Assembly: GCA_036785375.1 (NCBI GenBank)
Contig: JAWMAR010000186.1
Span: 4,278,001-4,342,000, forward strand
Length of the DNA: 64,000 nucleotides
From: Leucoraja ocellata
Lineage: Eukaryota
Reading direction: 5' to 3'
This document shows positions 26,589-40,362 of the stretch, piece after piece (within the stretch, counting starts at the first letter, position 1; the number at the start of each line of letters is the position of its first letter). The position numbers were made by a program, and so were the translations under genes. The notes under the pieces are model-generated. The model was not told the origin of the DNA, did no database searches, and saw only the letters and a program-made list of their open reading frames with translations.

Positions 26589-27269
26589 CCCAAATTTCAT
26601 GTTAAAATGTGAAATGCAAGTTCAAAGGGGAAAATTATTCAGACAAAAAAGAAAACAAAGATTTTTGATCCTTCAAAAAAGGTGTAACAGTTGCCGTTAA
26701 CAGGGGTGAACATGCAGATCAAGATGTAAAGAGCAGTTATGCTCAATATACAGGCAGTGAAGTTATGAGATTGACCTGAGACCTGTTCTTGATGGAGTCT
26801 TCATCGAATGGTCCTTTTTATGAGCTGAAATTGTGCAACATTCAGGACTTTACCAGGGTAGAGAGCTAGGATTAGATATGTGTGGAGATAAGAATTACTG
26901 CTGAGATAGTTGAAGTTTCTCTCGGGCAGCTGAGATGTCAACACCAAATGAAAGTTCACCAATTCTTTCCTTGGTTGTTAAATTGCTTTGACTTCAGTTG
27001 AAACTGATGTCAAAGCTGTGAGTCAGTGGGCAGTACCATCATGTCTGTGTACCAGAGGTCCCATTCCATGGACTAAAGTTTATAACTCTCGAGACTGATT
27101 TTCAGACTGGTGCTTTCTCAGCGACTTCCTTTAAATGAGGTGAAAACAAGACTGCATCTTCTCTATCCTGACTGGACATTGAAGGGCAACAGCATGTCGG
27201 GTAAATGCAGGCCAGTTTTCAAAGTTAGTAGAACAAATCCAGTGGGATAGGATTAATTCATAATTGGAA

Positions 27270-28475
27270 AGGCAGCGGTTGATTAGGGATAGTCAACATG
27301 GTTTTGTTGGTGAGAGATTCTGCCTGACCTAAGTGTATTAATGAAGACATTGTAGTTCATATCATCTACACGGTCTTCAGTAAGTCTTTGTTAAGGTCCC
27401 ACAAGGGGGATTGGTTCAAAACATTAGTCCATGGGATCCAAGGCAAGTTGGTAAATTGGATCCAAAATTGACATGGTAATAGTTTGCAGAGGAAGAGAGC
27501 GGAGTAATGTTTTTGTGACAGGTAGCCTGTGGTCAGTGGTGCTGTGACCCTTATAGTATATTTTATATATTAATTATTTGAATATGAATGTAAATAATAT
27601 GTCACAAATAGGTGGTGATGTTGATAGTGAAGAGGGTAGCCTTAGGCTACAGAATATTAATGAACACTTGATAATATGGGCTGAGCAATGGTAGATGGAA
27701 TTTAACCCTGAAGCATGCGAGGAGACTAATCAGGCTAATAAGAACATAAATGTTGAATAACAGGGTCCTATGGATTATTGAGGAACAGAGAGGCATTGGT
27801 ATGTTTGACCATTGATCCCTGAAGATGGCAGTGCAGGTAGATAAGATGCAGAAGAAGGCATACAAGATGCTATCTTTCATTATCCAAAATGCAGACTATA
27901 ATAGCAGGCAGGTTATCATACTTTATAAAATATTGGTTGGGCCGCAGATGGAGTATTGGTGGGGTTTTAGTCACTATATTATAGGAAGGCAATAATTCTA
28001 CTGGAAAAATGTGCAGAGGAGATTCACAAATATGGTATCAGGGATGGAGATTTTCAGTAAGGAGGATAGAAAGGGAAGGCTGGGTTTGTTTTCCTTGGAG
28101 TAAAGGAGGGGAGTGTGGAGCTGACAGAATTATGACGCGCATAGATAAGGTACATCGTAAGAAACTTTCTCCACAGCAAAAATGAGTAAAGCTGCAGAGC
28201 ATGGGTGTAATATAAGAAACAAACGGTTCAGAAAAAGTCTGAGGAAGATTTATTTTACCCAGAATCTGGAATGCAGTGCCTGAGGGGATGGTAGAGGCAG
28301 AAATTCTCAAAACATTTATGAAGTAGCTAGTTGAATACTAGAATCACTAAAGCATAGAAGGCGATGGATCAAGTGTTAGTTAGTTGGATTATTATATGAC
28401 TAGCGGGCTGCTTGATGGTCAGATTGAAATTGCAGGACCCAAGGGCCTGTTTCTATGCTGTATAAATATGTGATT
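27270..28475 (+). mobile_element. Old degenerate CR1 ORF2 and 3' end
   Basis: Eroded 'DSQHGF', 'FSKSL.KVPQ' and 'WAEQW.MEFN' motifs and a CR1-type tail 'aagggcctgtttctatgctgta'. Confidence 0.75.
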
Positions 28476-29015
28476 GTGAGCCCATGGCATTGTGTTGAAG
28501 AATCACATTACATTTCTAAACACATTATTTTGCCATTACAATTTTTTAATTTGTTGGAGATTATTGAGCACCTCATTTCTTAGATAGTATTCACATTTTT
28601 GTGACTGGTGCGAAATCAGATGAGGTCCATTTTTTTTCTTGGAAGTCATCCGAAAACAGATCAGTCTGGAATTGTTTGTCCCTTCTTCTGCGCTATAAAC
28701 TGTCAGACTGGATTTTGCATTGAGGTCTCTGCAAAGTGATTTCTAAGAACCTCTAACTCAGAGGCAAGGATAATACTGCCTGGTGCACTGCAGTATGGTC
28801 AGTAACTATATTCAAGTTGGCGTTAACTCCCAAAACAGATTATATTTTAACTGTTTTCTTTGCTTAATGCACTTTAACTCAATTGGAATGCAGTTTTCTG
28901 GATAACAGAACAAACATTGTCTTTTTGACTCTACTTTAATATTATAGTATACATATTTGTATTACATATTACATATTTCTGCTCCACTATTTATGGTGTC
29001 TCATACTGGCATTGG

Positions 29016-29200
29016 TGCTTCCAGTTATCAGAGCCCTGCGTCTTTCTCCAAACACAATAGACAATAGGTGCAGGAGTAGGCCATTCGGCCCTTCAAGCCA
29101 GCACAGCCATTCAAAGTGATCATGGCTGATCATCCCCTTTCCTGCCTTCACTCCATATCCCCTGACTCTGCTATCTTTAAGAACCCTATCTAGCTCTCTT
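29016..29200 (-). mobile_element. CR1 3' end with (ctattgt)n tail
   Basis: 'caatagacaataggtgcaggagtaggccattcggccc' matches the tail of the 52930-53572 copy. Confidence 0.85.
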
Positions 29201-29531
29201 GAACACCTCAAAGACGCAGTCGGCAAAAATATTCCTAAACTTCCAGACCAGGAGACATGCTGCAAGGTAGTTACCTCTTCCACAAAGCCTCCTTTCATCT
29301 GCAAAATTCCCTGAAGCCCGGACTAAATGTACAGAACAGATTAAAACAGAGACTCTGACCCTCATTGACACAACCATTCATGACCTAGGCCTAGTCATAG
29401 GGCCACACTGCACAGACACAGGCCCTTCAGTCCATGCTGTCCAAGATGCCCCATCTAATCTAGTTCCAAGAGATTGTCAAATGTCCCAAAATGTAACGCT
29501 GAAATTGTTACTTGCAGCAGCAGCAGCGTAA

Positions 29532-30002
29532 AGGGCCTGTCCCACGAGCATGCGACTCCATGCAGCAATCGCGACCTAAAGTGGCCGCTTCAGCCGTACG
29601 GCCTCGCGGGGCCGGTCCCACTTCGATCGCCAGAGCCATATGGAGTTGTGCGGAGCTGGTCCCGACATCGCGCGGGGCTCCTTAAAACTGATCGTGTTCA
29701 AAAGTTCCGCGCGGCAACCGTATGTACCGGATGCCGTGTGCACCGCCTCGACGGGTGTGCGCAGCGTCTTGACGCCGTGCATCACGCGCGAACTTCCCGC
29801 GGACTTCGCTCGAACTTCACGTCACTCACTCGACCTCCGCGCGGCCCCCGCTTCCGGTTTGGTCGTGCTCGCCGCATGCAGGTGCATGCAGGCTCATGCT
29901 GGTGGGACTGGCCCTGTACGGGGATCACTCGACCTCTGCGCGGCCCCCGCTTCCGGTTTGATCATGCTTGCCGCATGCAGGTCGCATGATCGTGGGACAG
30001 GC
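29532..30002. mobile_element. PIF/Harbinger-like MITE with nested TIRs
   Basis: Outer TIR gcctgtcccacgagcatgcgac / gtcgcatgatcgtgggacaggc; inner TIR-like pair 29608-29621 / 29902-29915; TAA on the left flank; CpG-rich. Confidence 0.8.
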
Positions 30003-30549
30003 AATCTTTCTTATCCATGTATTACATGCATTTTAAGTGTTGTACCTGCATTAACTACCTTCTCTGGCAGCTTATTCCATATACCTATGTTCTCTGGTTC
30101 TTGGTTCCCCTACCCTGTGAAAAAGACTGTGCTTTCATCCTTTTAATTATGATTTTATACACATCTAATAATCACCCTTCATCCTCGTGCTCCAAGGAGT
30201 AACCTCTCCCTATAGTTCAGGGCCTCGAGTCCTGGCAACATCTTCATAACTCTTCTTTCCAATTTAATTGCTTTGTTTCCAGCTTATGGATTGCTTGGCT
30301 TCCTTTATCTCACCTCTGTTAAACATAGGAGTGGGTGGGTTTGAGCTTTTGGAACGCTTAGCAACAGCCATCTGTTATACAGGGTACAAACAAGCTCTTG
30401 ATTTCCCATCTAATGAATTCCAATTCACTGTCTTTGAGGGATTATAGAGTCATAGAATCATAGATTGTGGAAACAGGCCCTTTGGCCCAATTTACCCACG
30501 TGCCAATTTGGGATTGTAATCTTAGCATGTTTTATTGCAGTTCGTGTAG

Positions 30550-30922
<373 letters not shown>

Positions 30923-33842
30923 CACCAGAATGTCTGGCTTATGCCAGTGCATCGGTGGGACAGCTCTCACTTGTGAATCAGGTTGTGGATTCAAACTCCT
31001 CCAATTGCCTTGAGCATATAATTGGAACCTGGATAAACATTTGCTTTATATCTTCTTCCTTTCATAACTTTCCAAACCACTTTATCGTCAATTAAACTCT
31101 TTTCAAGTGTCATCGCCATTGTCATGTAAACATAGTTACTGATCTATTTATGCACTGTTGGATCTGCTGTTTTTCAGGGAAGATATTTAATCTTGGACCT
31201 TTTGGGCAAATTTATTGTCTCTTTCCTTTCCTTCCTTCGAATTTTCTTTCCTTCCGAGATCTTGGTCATGTTTGTTCACAGTGACAGAGATGGAGTCAGT
31301 GGTTTAAAGGGGCATAACATTCAATGTTTGTACATCATGCTGAGCATCTTCACCCATCTGAGTAGATTTACTCATGAAAACAATTGACGTATGCCCCTTT
31401 ATATGAAAACAACTCACAAGGCTGCTCATAGAAGTCTGAAGATAACAGCAAGGAAGTCCTTGATCCCCTCTTGTAAACTAGACCCCTTAGTTACCTAGAA
31501 ATTGGATTGCATGGCACAATCATTGTTTGTTCTGAATGATTTAATTTCCAAGATATGCGACACATTTCAGTCTTGAAAATAACACCCGCATCCCCTGCAA
31601 ATAAAAAGTGGGGAAAAAATATGAACGTTTTCTAATTTTTCTGATCTACTTTTTAGAACATACAGCACAAAAAAACAAGGTCTGTGCCACACATTATGCC
31701 AAGACCAAATCTTATCTCCGTGCACATTACCCATATCCCTCTTTATCAAATACTGCATCTTATTAAACTAGGTGTAGACATCATCGACCGCCCTATCCTG
31801 ATCAATTACCTTGATCACTTCAAAAAACTCGATCAAATTAGTAAGCCACAACCTGTTGTGTGCAAAACCATGCTGTATCTCTCTAATATTATCTTTCAAA
31901 TATGAGTAAATCGTATATTGGAGAACGCTCTCCAAAAGCTTACCTATCACTGAGGAGCCAAACAAGCGTTTTGACCTTGGTGAATGGGACAAACGCAAGT
32001 CCAAACATGAAATAATTATTTGATTTACCCGACAGGCAATAATTGTGAGATTGCACTCACCTATTATGTGGTTCCCCTCCTGATATCAGGCCGATACATG
32101 TTTAATAACCCTACTACCTACCCTATGTTTGCTTATTTTCAAAGAATGGTGCTCACATCAGAATTATGCACTCAATTGATCACACTTTCAGTGGACTTCT
32201 GTCTAGGGACAATGATCAACAATCTCAAGCAGCCAAATCATCTTCTGTGGTATTCTCTCGTATTTTCTTTATCAGTTGTAATTCCTGGAATGAGTTGACT
32301 GTTTTGGGGTCTTTATTCCTTCAAGTTTGAAAAGAATGAGGGATAGCTTTATACAAATATATAACATTCTAAAGAGGCATGGTAGATGTTAAGATGTTAA
32401 CGTGGTAGATGTTAAGTTTTCACACAAGATAAAGGGCATAACTAAAAGATAAGGGGCCAGTAATTTCAAACTGACTCGCATAGAAATATTTCCTCACAGA
32501 GGGAGGTGAATCACTGGAATTCTCTGCTAGGCAGGTAGAGGAAGCTGGATTATTAAATTGGACAAACCTAAACCCAGGAGGTTGTTAAATATTCAATACA
32601 TTGAGGAATAGTGAACTGTAGAGAAATGGTACAGAGGACGTGCTGATGCCAGCATAGATCAGTATTTAGGGCCTGATGGCTCCTATTGTCTTGTCTCACT
32701 TGCTCCATTCCTTTCACTGGCTTAGTTTGTCAGTTTATCGTCCTTTGTCTCTCACTGTCTTTAACTCTTCCCCCCACCTCCCTCCATCTCCTGCTTCTGA
32801 CCTCACCCATGCCTTTCTCTACTCACATTCCCCTCACTCCCAAGAATGAATCTCTCTCTTGAGATCCCTTCATCATGATCTTGACTTCTGAGAACAATGG
32901 AGCTAACATTCCAGATATTTATATTGCCCTCTGGAGACCGATTTGCCTCACTGCGCTGCAGCGATCTTTCAGTTTTTCTTTGAGTATCCGGAGATAAAAA
33001 AATGTGTCTGTCATTCAGATATTTTGATTTCATCTGAAAATATATTGTATTCATTTCCTTTAGGGCATGCTGGAGTTATTACATGGTATAACTGGCAGTA
33101 CTAGAAATGGTCAGAAAGACATTCAGACTGGAAGGTTGATCTCACCTTGTGTATCCACTCGCCAATTTTGACATTCTGTTGGTGGGTATGTCAATGGGTA
33201 GGAATTTTATCCCAAACTTAACTTAAAGGCTAGAGCACAAAAACCCAGTCTGATGATTAAGATCAGTACCAAGGGAGAGACACACTATCACGGGTGCTGT
33301 GTTTTGAAATAGATGTTGAACTGGTCTGTTTTTTTGCTCCCATTTAAGATCCCATATTCACCATTTTGTAGGAGATTGCCTGGCATTTTTTATTTCAATA
33401 CTCTTCCAACCTACCTCATTGCTGCCCTTCCACTTTTTAATTAAAAATCTGCATTTTCTCTGCAGCTGTATCACTGTAGCAGTGAGGCAGTAATACAATG
33501 GGTAGTACTATAGTCTGCTGCCTTCTTGCTTTTCTCTTTGCACTACCTGTTGTCTTGTGTGAGGCGTGATCATACTCATGTATGATGTTATTTGACTGGA
33601 TAGCACCCAAAGTTTTTCACTGTATCTTGGCACAAGCCAATAATAAACCAATACCAACATTCTCATGGGAAGTGGATGCTGCTAGGGAGCGTCAAATATG
33701 TATTAATGAACTGACATTTTAAACAGATGATTCTCATGTCACAGTTGTCCGTGGACCTGGCGGTCTGCAAAGTAGATAACTCATGCCCTGCACAACAGTG
33801 ACTGTGCTAAAGAGTACTTTGTTGATTATAAAGTGCATTAGG

Positions 33843-34882
33843 TAGCAATGTTACAAAATTTTGAGATTTAAAAAATCAAGTCTGCAATTTATCCCATCAG
33901 AGAAAGCATAAAAAGAAGTTTAATTTGACACCTAATTCACTTTCATATCTTCAGTATTAAAAAAGTTATGGCCAATTTCATACTCGTAAATTAGCATCTT
34001 GTTCCCTATTGCTTTTCCATTAACTAAACACAAAAGCTGTGATCAAGGAAAGTCAAAAGCCCATAAATTTCTTAAAAATTAAGAGAACTGAAAGACATTT
34101 TCAGTTATTATAGATTGAAGCATACTGAAACAAATATAAAACAATCTTACTTGGATGATCTGAAATTAAAGCATATAATTAGTTAGTTACCCAATTGTAG
34201 CTAATTACAAAATTCAATTACTAGATCTAAACATCTATCCATTTCTTAAGAAAAGATTAACATTTTTAAATAGCCTAAGTGTCCAAATAACATTCACACA
34301 AGAATTCACAATATAACATGATTTTTAAATCTCAATGTCATGGATTTTTAGGCCAAATGGAAGGAATTTAGTGTATAATTCCCATAAATTAATGGCCATT
34401 TAAATCATCTTCCGAGTGGGTTTTTGAGGAACGCGATCGTTTGGAACATTGCAGTTGCGGTGAATCTAAACCCCATATTGGCAGGAAAAATACTACCGGT
34501 TCGTATCGGTCCTAAATCACCGTTTCGCAACGTAAAATGTGGATTAAAGGCAAGCTAAGAAGCACGTTTATATGTAAATTAAACGGCTTTCCTTTACCTG
34601 TCCCGTACGTGAAATCCGTCCCCGTTATCGGCGTTGACGGCTTTAGAAGCTGATTTTTAAATTACTCCAGTACTGAAATTGTCGGGCGATTAAAAAAAAA
34701 AATTCACAGAACAGCCGTCGGAACAATTCTTCAGCAAAAGCTTGCACTCCGAGAAAATATATCCAGGACAGATAGGAGAAAAAACGCATTTTAACCCCCC
34801 CCCCCCCAAAGGCGCCAAAGTCCCACACACGGCCAGTGGCAGAACTGCAGCGTCGCTGAAGGTAAGTTATGTAACATATCTA
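33843..34882. mobile_element. Non-autonomous TIR DNA transposon, 1040 bp, 7-bp TSD
   Basis: Imperfect TIR TAGCAATGTTACAAAATTT / AAGTTATGTAACATATCTA. CATTAGG is duplicated at 33836-33842 and 34883-34889. No transposase ORF. Confidence 0.8.
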
Positions 34883-35120
34883 CATTAGGATGTTCTAAGA
34901 TTATGATGGGTATGTTAGAAACAGGTCTTTCTTATTTTTAGTGATCAAGCAAAAAGTATTGAGCAATGCAATTTGGAAAAACAAAAGGTTTTTCTTCATA
35001 AAACCTTTGAAATAGCTTGTTTCAAGTAAAATAGTACTTTATAATTTGTTTTAGTCATGTTGATTTGTCGGAAACTGAACCAGACTGTGCAGCACCTTGT
35101 GGTGGTAACTTCATTCATCT

Positions 35121-35425
35121 TTTAGTTTTGTTTTGAGCCACAGCGCGGAAACTGGCCCTTTGGTCCACCAAGTCTGCACCAAGCAGTGATCCCCATACAT
35201 CACCACCATCCCACCACGAGGAACAATTTACAATCTTTACTGAAGTCAATTAACCTACAAACCTGTACTTCTTTGGACTGTGGGAGGAAACTGGAGCATC
35301 CGACGAAAACTCAAATGGTCACGGGCGAACGTACAAATGCCATACAAACAACATCCATAGTCAGGATGGAACCCTGCTCTCTGGCGCAGTAAGGCAGCAA
35401 CTCTACTGCTGCACCACAGTGCAAC
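35121..35425 (-). mobile_element. HE1/V-SINE-like SINE
   Basis: Same head, V-domain and tail as the 25546 copy. Confidence 0.8.
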
Positions 35426-35577
35426 ACCTGTTCTTAACATTGCTATGTCCCCCTATTTCCACCTTCATTCCATCTCACGACTCTGCCATTGCCTCAGCAA
35501 GCATGCTGCGGTAACCTTTTGTTATTTGATGGCTCTAAAACACTCTCTGTAAAAATTAATTATCCACAACACTGTTG

Positions 35578-36095
35578 TCATAGAGTCATAGATTGATACA
35601 GTGTGAAAACAGGCCCAACTTGCCCACACCTGCCAACAATGTCCCAGCCACACTAGTCCCACTTGCCTGTGCTTGGTCCATAACCCTCCAAACCTGTCCT
35701 ATCCAAGTACCTGTCCAACTGTTTCTTAAATGATGGGATAATCCCAGCCTCAACTACCTCCTCTGGCAGCTTGTTCCATACACCCACCACCCTCTGTGTG
35801 AAAAAGTTCCTGCGACTCGACCTTCAAGGAACCAAGCACCTGTACTCCTAGATCCCTCTGCTCTACAACCCTACCCAGAGGCCTACCATTTACTGTGTAT
35901 GTCCTGCCCTTTAACTTCCCAAAATGCAACACCTCACATTTCTCTGTATTAAATTCCATCAACCATTCCTCCGCCCACCTGGCCAATCGATCCAGATCCT
36001 GCTGCAATCGTTCACAACCATCTTCATTATATGCAAAACCACTAACTTGTGTATCATCAGCAAACTTGCTAATCTTGCCCTGTATGTTCTCATAC
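35578..36095 (-). mobile_element. CR1 fragment with an internal deletion
   Basis: ORF 35750-36097 (SKFADDT...LQQDLDRLARWAEEWLMEFN) jumps directly to the 3' region and a (tctatgac)n tail. Confidence 0.88.
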
Positions 36096-36527
36096 AAAGT
36101 GATAAAACCTGTGTGCTATCAAACCCAGGGCTCATTTTGTTATAACCCATGTGTTTGTTAATCCACATTGGCTCTTGTTTAAATAGCATTTAAAAATTAA
36201 AATGTTCATCCTTATTTTCCGACCCTCCGCAGTCTTCCTCCTCCCTATCGCTGGCCCTAAACCTTTCCTCTATCCCTCGACCTATTTGCCTGGTTCTGTT
36301 TTGTCTCTTGTTCATCCCTGGAAGACACTGCCAGCAGCTACGCTCTGAGCTACTGAGGTCCTAGCCTCTGGAATTCCCTTCCTCTCACCTTTTTACCTTT
36401 CTTTCCTCCTTTAAACTTCATCGGGATATTTGACTACTTTGAAGTTTGTAGTTGCCATTCTCATTCTGGCAGCTGAGCAATAACATTGAGAAGGTGTTCG
36501 TCCTGTCTCATTCTCTGCCTTGACTAG

Positions 36528-36680
<153 letters not shown>

Positions 36681-37434
36681 TAAGATTGTCAGTACTCACT
36701 GGTAAAATGGAGGGAATCCGACTAGACAGGCACAGTTAGATGTAGAAATCCTGATGTTGCTCTAATGATTCCCTGCTCCTTCCTGGATATTCTTCTGCAG
36801 CCATCTCTAGCGCTGTCTTCAGAAGTCAGATCTGCTGTGAGCTTCAGCTATTTGCAAACTATTCCAATTGGTTAAAATGTCTTTGATTGTAAACTGAACT
36901 ATAATTACTCTTTAGCAACTTATTTGGTTCCCAAAAAGTAATGGAGACACAAGGAACTACAAATGCTGGAATCTTCCGTAGAACACATAATGCTGAAGTA
37001 ACACAGTGGGTCAGTCAGCATCTCTGGAGAACATGGATGGGCAACACAATGTGCTGGAGTAAGACTAATTCCTGGTTTTCCAGACTCCTACTTTGCTGAT
37101 GGTTATCTTTATTATAAGAAAATATTGAAAGTGCTGTCACTGTAATGGGATTGTACTGTAGGACTCCAATAGCCAGCATATGCAGACAGTTTAGCAAAAT
37201 ATGCAAATCACGAGGGTTGCTGTAGAGGTTGACTTTAACTTCCCCAATAGTGACTGGGACATGCTTAGTACAAAAGGCAAAGACAAGGCAGGATTTGTTA
37301 GGCATTAAGAGGGTTTCCAAAACCCTTGCTGTTATCAGGCAACTGAACCATCCTACCAACAACTAGAGAGCTGTCCTGAGCTACTATCTATCTCATACTA
37401 TCTATCTATGTCCTGAGCTACTATCTATCTCATA

Positions 37435-38557
37435 CCGGAAGTGGTGGCGCTGTGAAACGGCTGTGGCTCACCTGCAGTCTGTCTGTTTTTACTTTTTTTG
37501 TGTTGTTTTTATTTGTCTTGTACAGTTAAACTTTTGGTTATTATGTTGTGTTATGTGTGGGGAGGGGGGCTGAAACAGCGCTTTCTGTCTCTCCCTTCGG
37601 GGAAATGCGACTTTCTTGTCGTATCCTTCTTCTCTTCCCCTGTCTGAGCTGAGGCCTAATGGCGGAGCTGGCGGCCTCCAACCTGCGACCGACCTCGAGG
37701 CTCCGGAGGTAAAGCCAGCCAGGACTTACCAACGTGAGACTGGCCGTCTTCGAGCTGCGGCGGCGTTCGGGCAACAGCACGACTCGGCGCTCCGGTGAGG
37801 GTGGACGGCGCGGGGCTGAGACGCTCCCGTGTGGGCAGCCCGGTGCGGGGCGGAGACGGTCCCGTGTGGGCGGCCCGGCGCGGGGCTGAGACGCTCCCGT
37901 GTGGGCGGCCCGGTGCGGGGCTGAGACGCTCTCGTGTGGGCGGTCCGGCTCCCGGTTGGAAGGCGCTCCCATGTGGGCAGCCCGGTGCGGGCTGAGACGC
38001 TCCCGTGTGGGCGGCCCGGCTCCCGGCTCCCGGCTGGAAGGCGCTCCCATGTGGGCGGCCCGGTGCGGGTGTGAGACGCTCCCGTGCAGGCGGCCCGGTG
38101 CGGGGCGGAGACGGTGTTCCGGTGGCTGAGGCCGCGTTCTGGAGGTGGCGACCTGAATCCGGGGCTCGGCCGCAGGCCATGGACGACATCGTCGGGAGCT
38201 CGCAGGTCACAGGATGGTGCCTGTTTTCCGGAGTTCCCGTGGCAACAGCTGCATCCGCTGGATTGGAGGGCGGCAGCTTCGACCACCTCCAGGCCGCGGA
38301 GCTTGAACCGCGAGACTGACTTATCATCGCCCGGTGGGGTATCGCCTCAGTGCAGAGGGAGAATAGGAGGGAAGAGACAGTAACCCTAAGACTTTTTGCC
38401 TCCATCACAGTGAGGAGGTGCTTGGTGGACTCACTGTGGTGGATGTTAATTTGTGTTTATTGTGTGTTGTTTATTATTACATGTATGGCTGCAGGCAACG
38501 ACATTTCGTTCAGACCGAAAGGTCTGAATGACAAATAAAGGATTCAATTCAATTCAT
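37435..38557 (+). mobile_element. GC-rich non-autonomous LINE-mobilised element, apparently full length
   Basis: Starts CCGGAAGTGGTGGCGC. Ends with two hairpins, AATAAA and an (attca)n tail. Splits an older repeat that resumes at 'tggagacc'. No RT homology seen. Confidence 0.75.
37809..38115. repeat. GC-rich minisatellite, unit about 35 bp, about 9 variant copies
   Basis: Unit gcggggctgagacgctcccgtgtgggcggcccggt, alternating with a variant cccggYtggaaggcgctcccatgtggg. Confidence 0.92.
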
Positions 38558-40362
38558 TGGAGACCTTAGGACAATCTTTAATCAGACTTTACTGGACTTT
38601 ATCTTACACTAAACATTATTCACATTATTCCCTATACCGTGTATCTGTACACTGTGGATGACTTGTTTGTAATCACATGTAGTATCTCCGGTTAGTTTGC
38701 AACAAAAGTTTATCACTGTACCTCGGTAGACATGATCAACTAATCTGAACTCAACTAGTATGTAAATAGCCCAACTGAGGAGGGACCATACTGAACCTGC
38801 TATTGGGAAATTAGTTTGTTCAGGTGACTGGTGTTTCAGTGGAAGAGCATTTTGGGGGATAGTGATTACAACTCCATTAGTTTTTTAATTGTTTTGAATT
38901 GTGATAAGTTTGGACCTTGGGGGAAGACACTAAATTGGAGTAAGGCAGATTACAACGTTATTAGGCAGGAGATAATTCCGGTATTTATATCGCTTAGTCC
39001 GTTCAGTGAAAACACCGACTAGAATACTTTAAATCATCCTTTATTTCACCAGGGTGACCAAATTTCTCTGTACCATCCTGGGAAGCTCTCCCAGTGGATC
39101 ACATAGAAACACATGTGCTCAAACAAAGGAATTTAGCATATATATATGGTTGATACAGTGGGAGGTAATTTCCAATGGGCAGTAATTCTAGACCAATAAC
39201 TACAGTATCACATGATTATATAGGTGGGGACAATCTTTCTACCTAATTACAATTATACACAGTATAATACATCTTAGCCAAACACAATAGCATCAAACAT
39301 CACATGTTTTACAAGAATGATGATGTCACAGCAAGGATAGCAAAACTTAACTAAACTTAACTTCAATATGCCACGAGGTATCCCATAATTTTCAGGAGAC
39401 AGAATACTTAACCGTTTAATCCTAGGGTATCCCCAGTTCTGCATATTCTCAGGGAGAGGAATTTGGGAGTAATTGCTATTGTGTAAGTCAGCATCTAATA
39501 TGTGGGAGCCGTTTAAAGGCCAGCTGATCAAAGTTGAGGACTGGCATGTCCCAGTAAGGAGGGAGGGTAAGGATGGCAAAGTAAGGGAACCTTGGATGGC
39601 CAAAGACTTGTAAATTTGGTCCAAAAAAAAGAAAATGTATGTAAGATTTAAGAAGATTTGTGAATCATGTTCAAGATCCAACATTGTAACTGTGGAATTT
39701 GAATTCCGGTTAATAATCTAGAATTTTTTTAAAAGCAGCTAGCCTTTCAATGATGATCACAAAGCTACAAAACCATTGTAAAGAGGGTGCCACAATGGTG
39801 CAGCTGGTGGAACTGCTTGTAGTGGCAGATTATTATCTTATAATAACTATAAATCTTCATATAAGTCGTGTAGTTGTTGAATAAATCTCTAAGCCAATCT
39901 CTTCTGGAACTGGTCTTCAGTTCCTCTTCTGGCTGATTCCCTCCCGAGATCCATGCCTTAGCTTCTGTCCCTCTTCTTTGGGACGTGGCATCCACCTCCT
40001 GTCAGAGGTATCCTTCGACTCTCTATAGCCTTGCCCATCAGGCTCATTTTGACAATTTTCCACAAGTACCTTAGCACTTCTGCTTGTGTAATGCACCAGA
40101 AATCGTAAAGCACTCATCTTCATTAGTAATTTTCATTTCTGTGATGGTTGGCAGAGAGCTGATGGACTGAGGGGTCAGTTTCTAGTCTGACGAAGCCAGA
40201 CAGGGCCTTTGAGGAATATAAAGCAAGTAGGTAAGACCTTTAGTAGGGCCAACAGGAGCCGTAAAATGAGTTTGCTGAGTTGGATTAAAGAAAATCATGA
40301 GCCTCTGTGTCGCATTTTTATCAATAAAATCATTGACAAAATGCCAATCCCAATTAATCATG

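Noticed and set aside
29474-30146. ORFs of 171 and 168 aa
   Set aside because: They span a GC-rich MITE and contain no transposase motifs.
37809-38115. Repeats of about 35 bp resembling a CRISPR array
   Set aside because: The units are contiguous with no unique spacers, there are no cas genes, and the context is vertebrate. It is a minisatellite.
37541-38408. Long overlapping ORFs (169-250 aa)
   Set aside because: They are by-products of a GC-rich tandem repeat with few stops, and the translation is repetitive with no domain.
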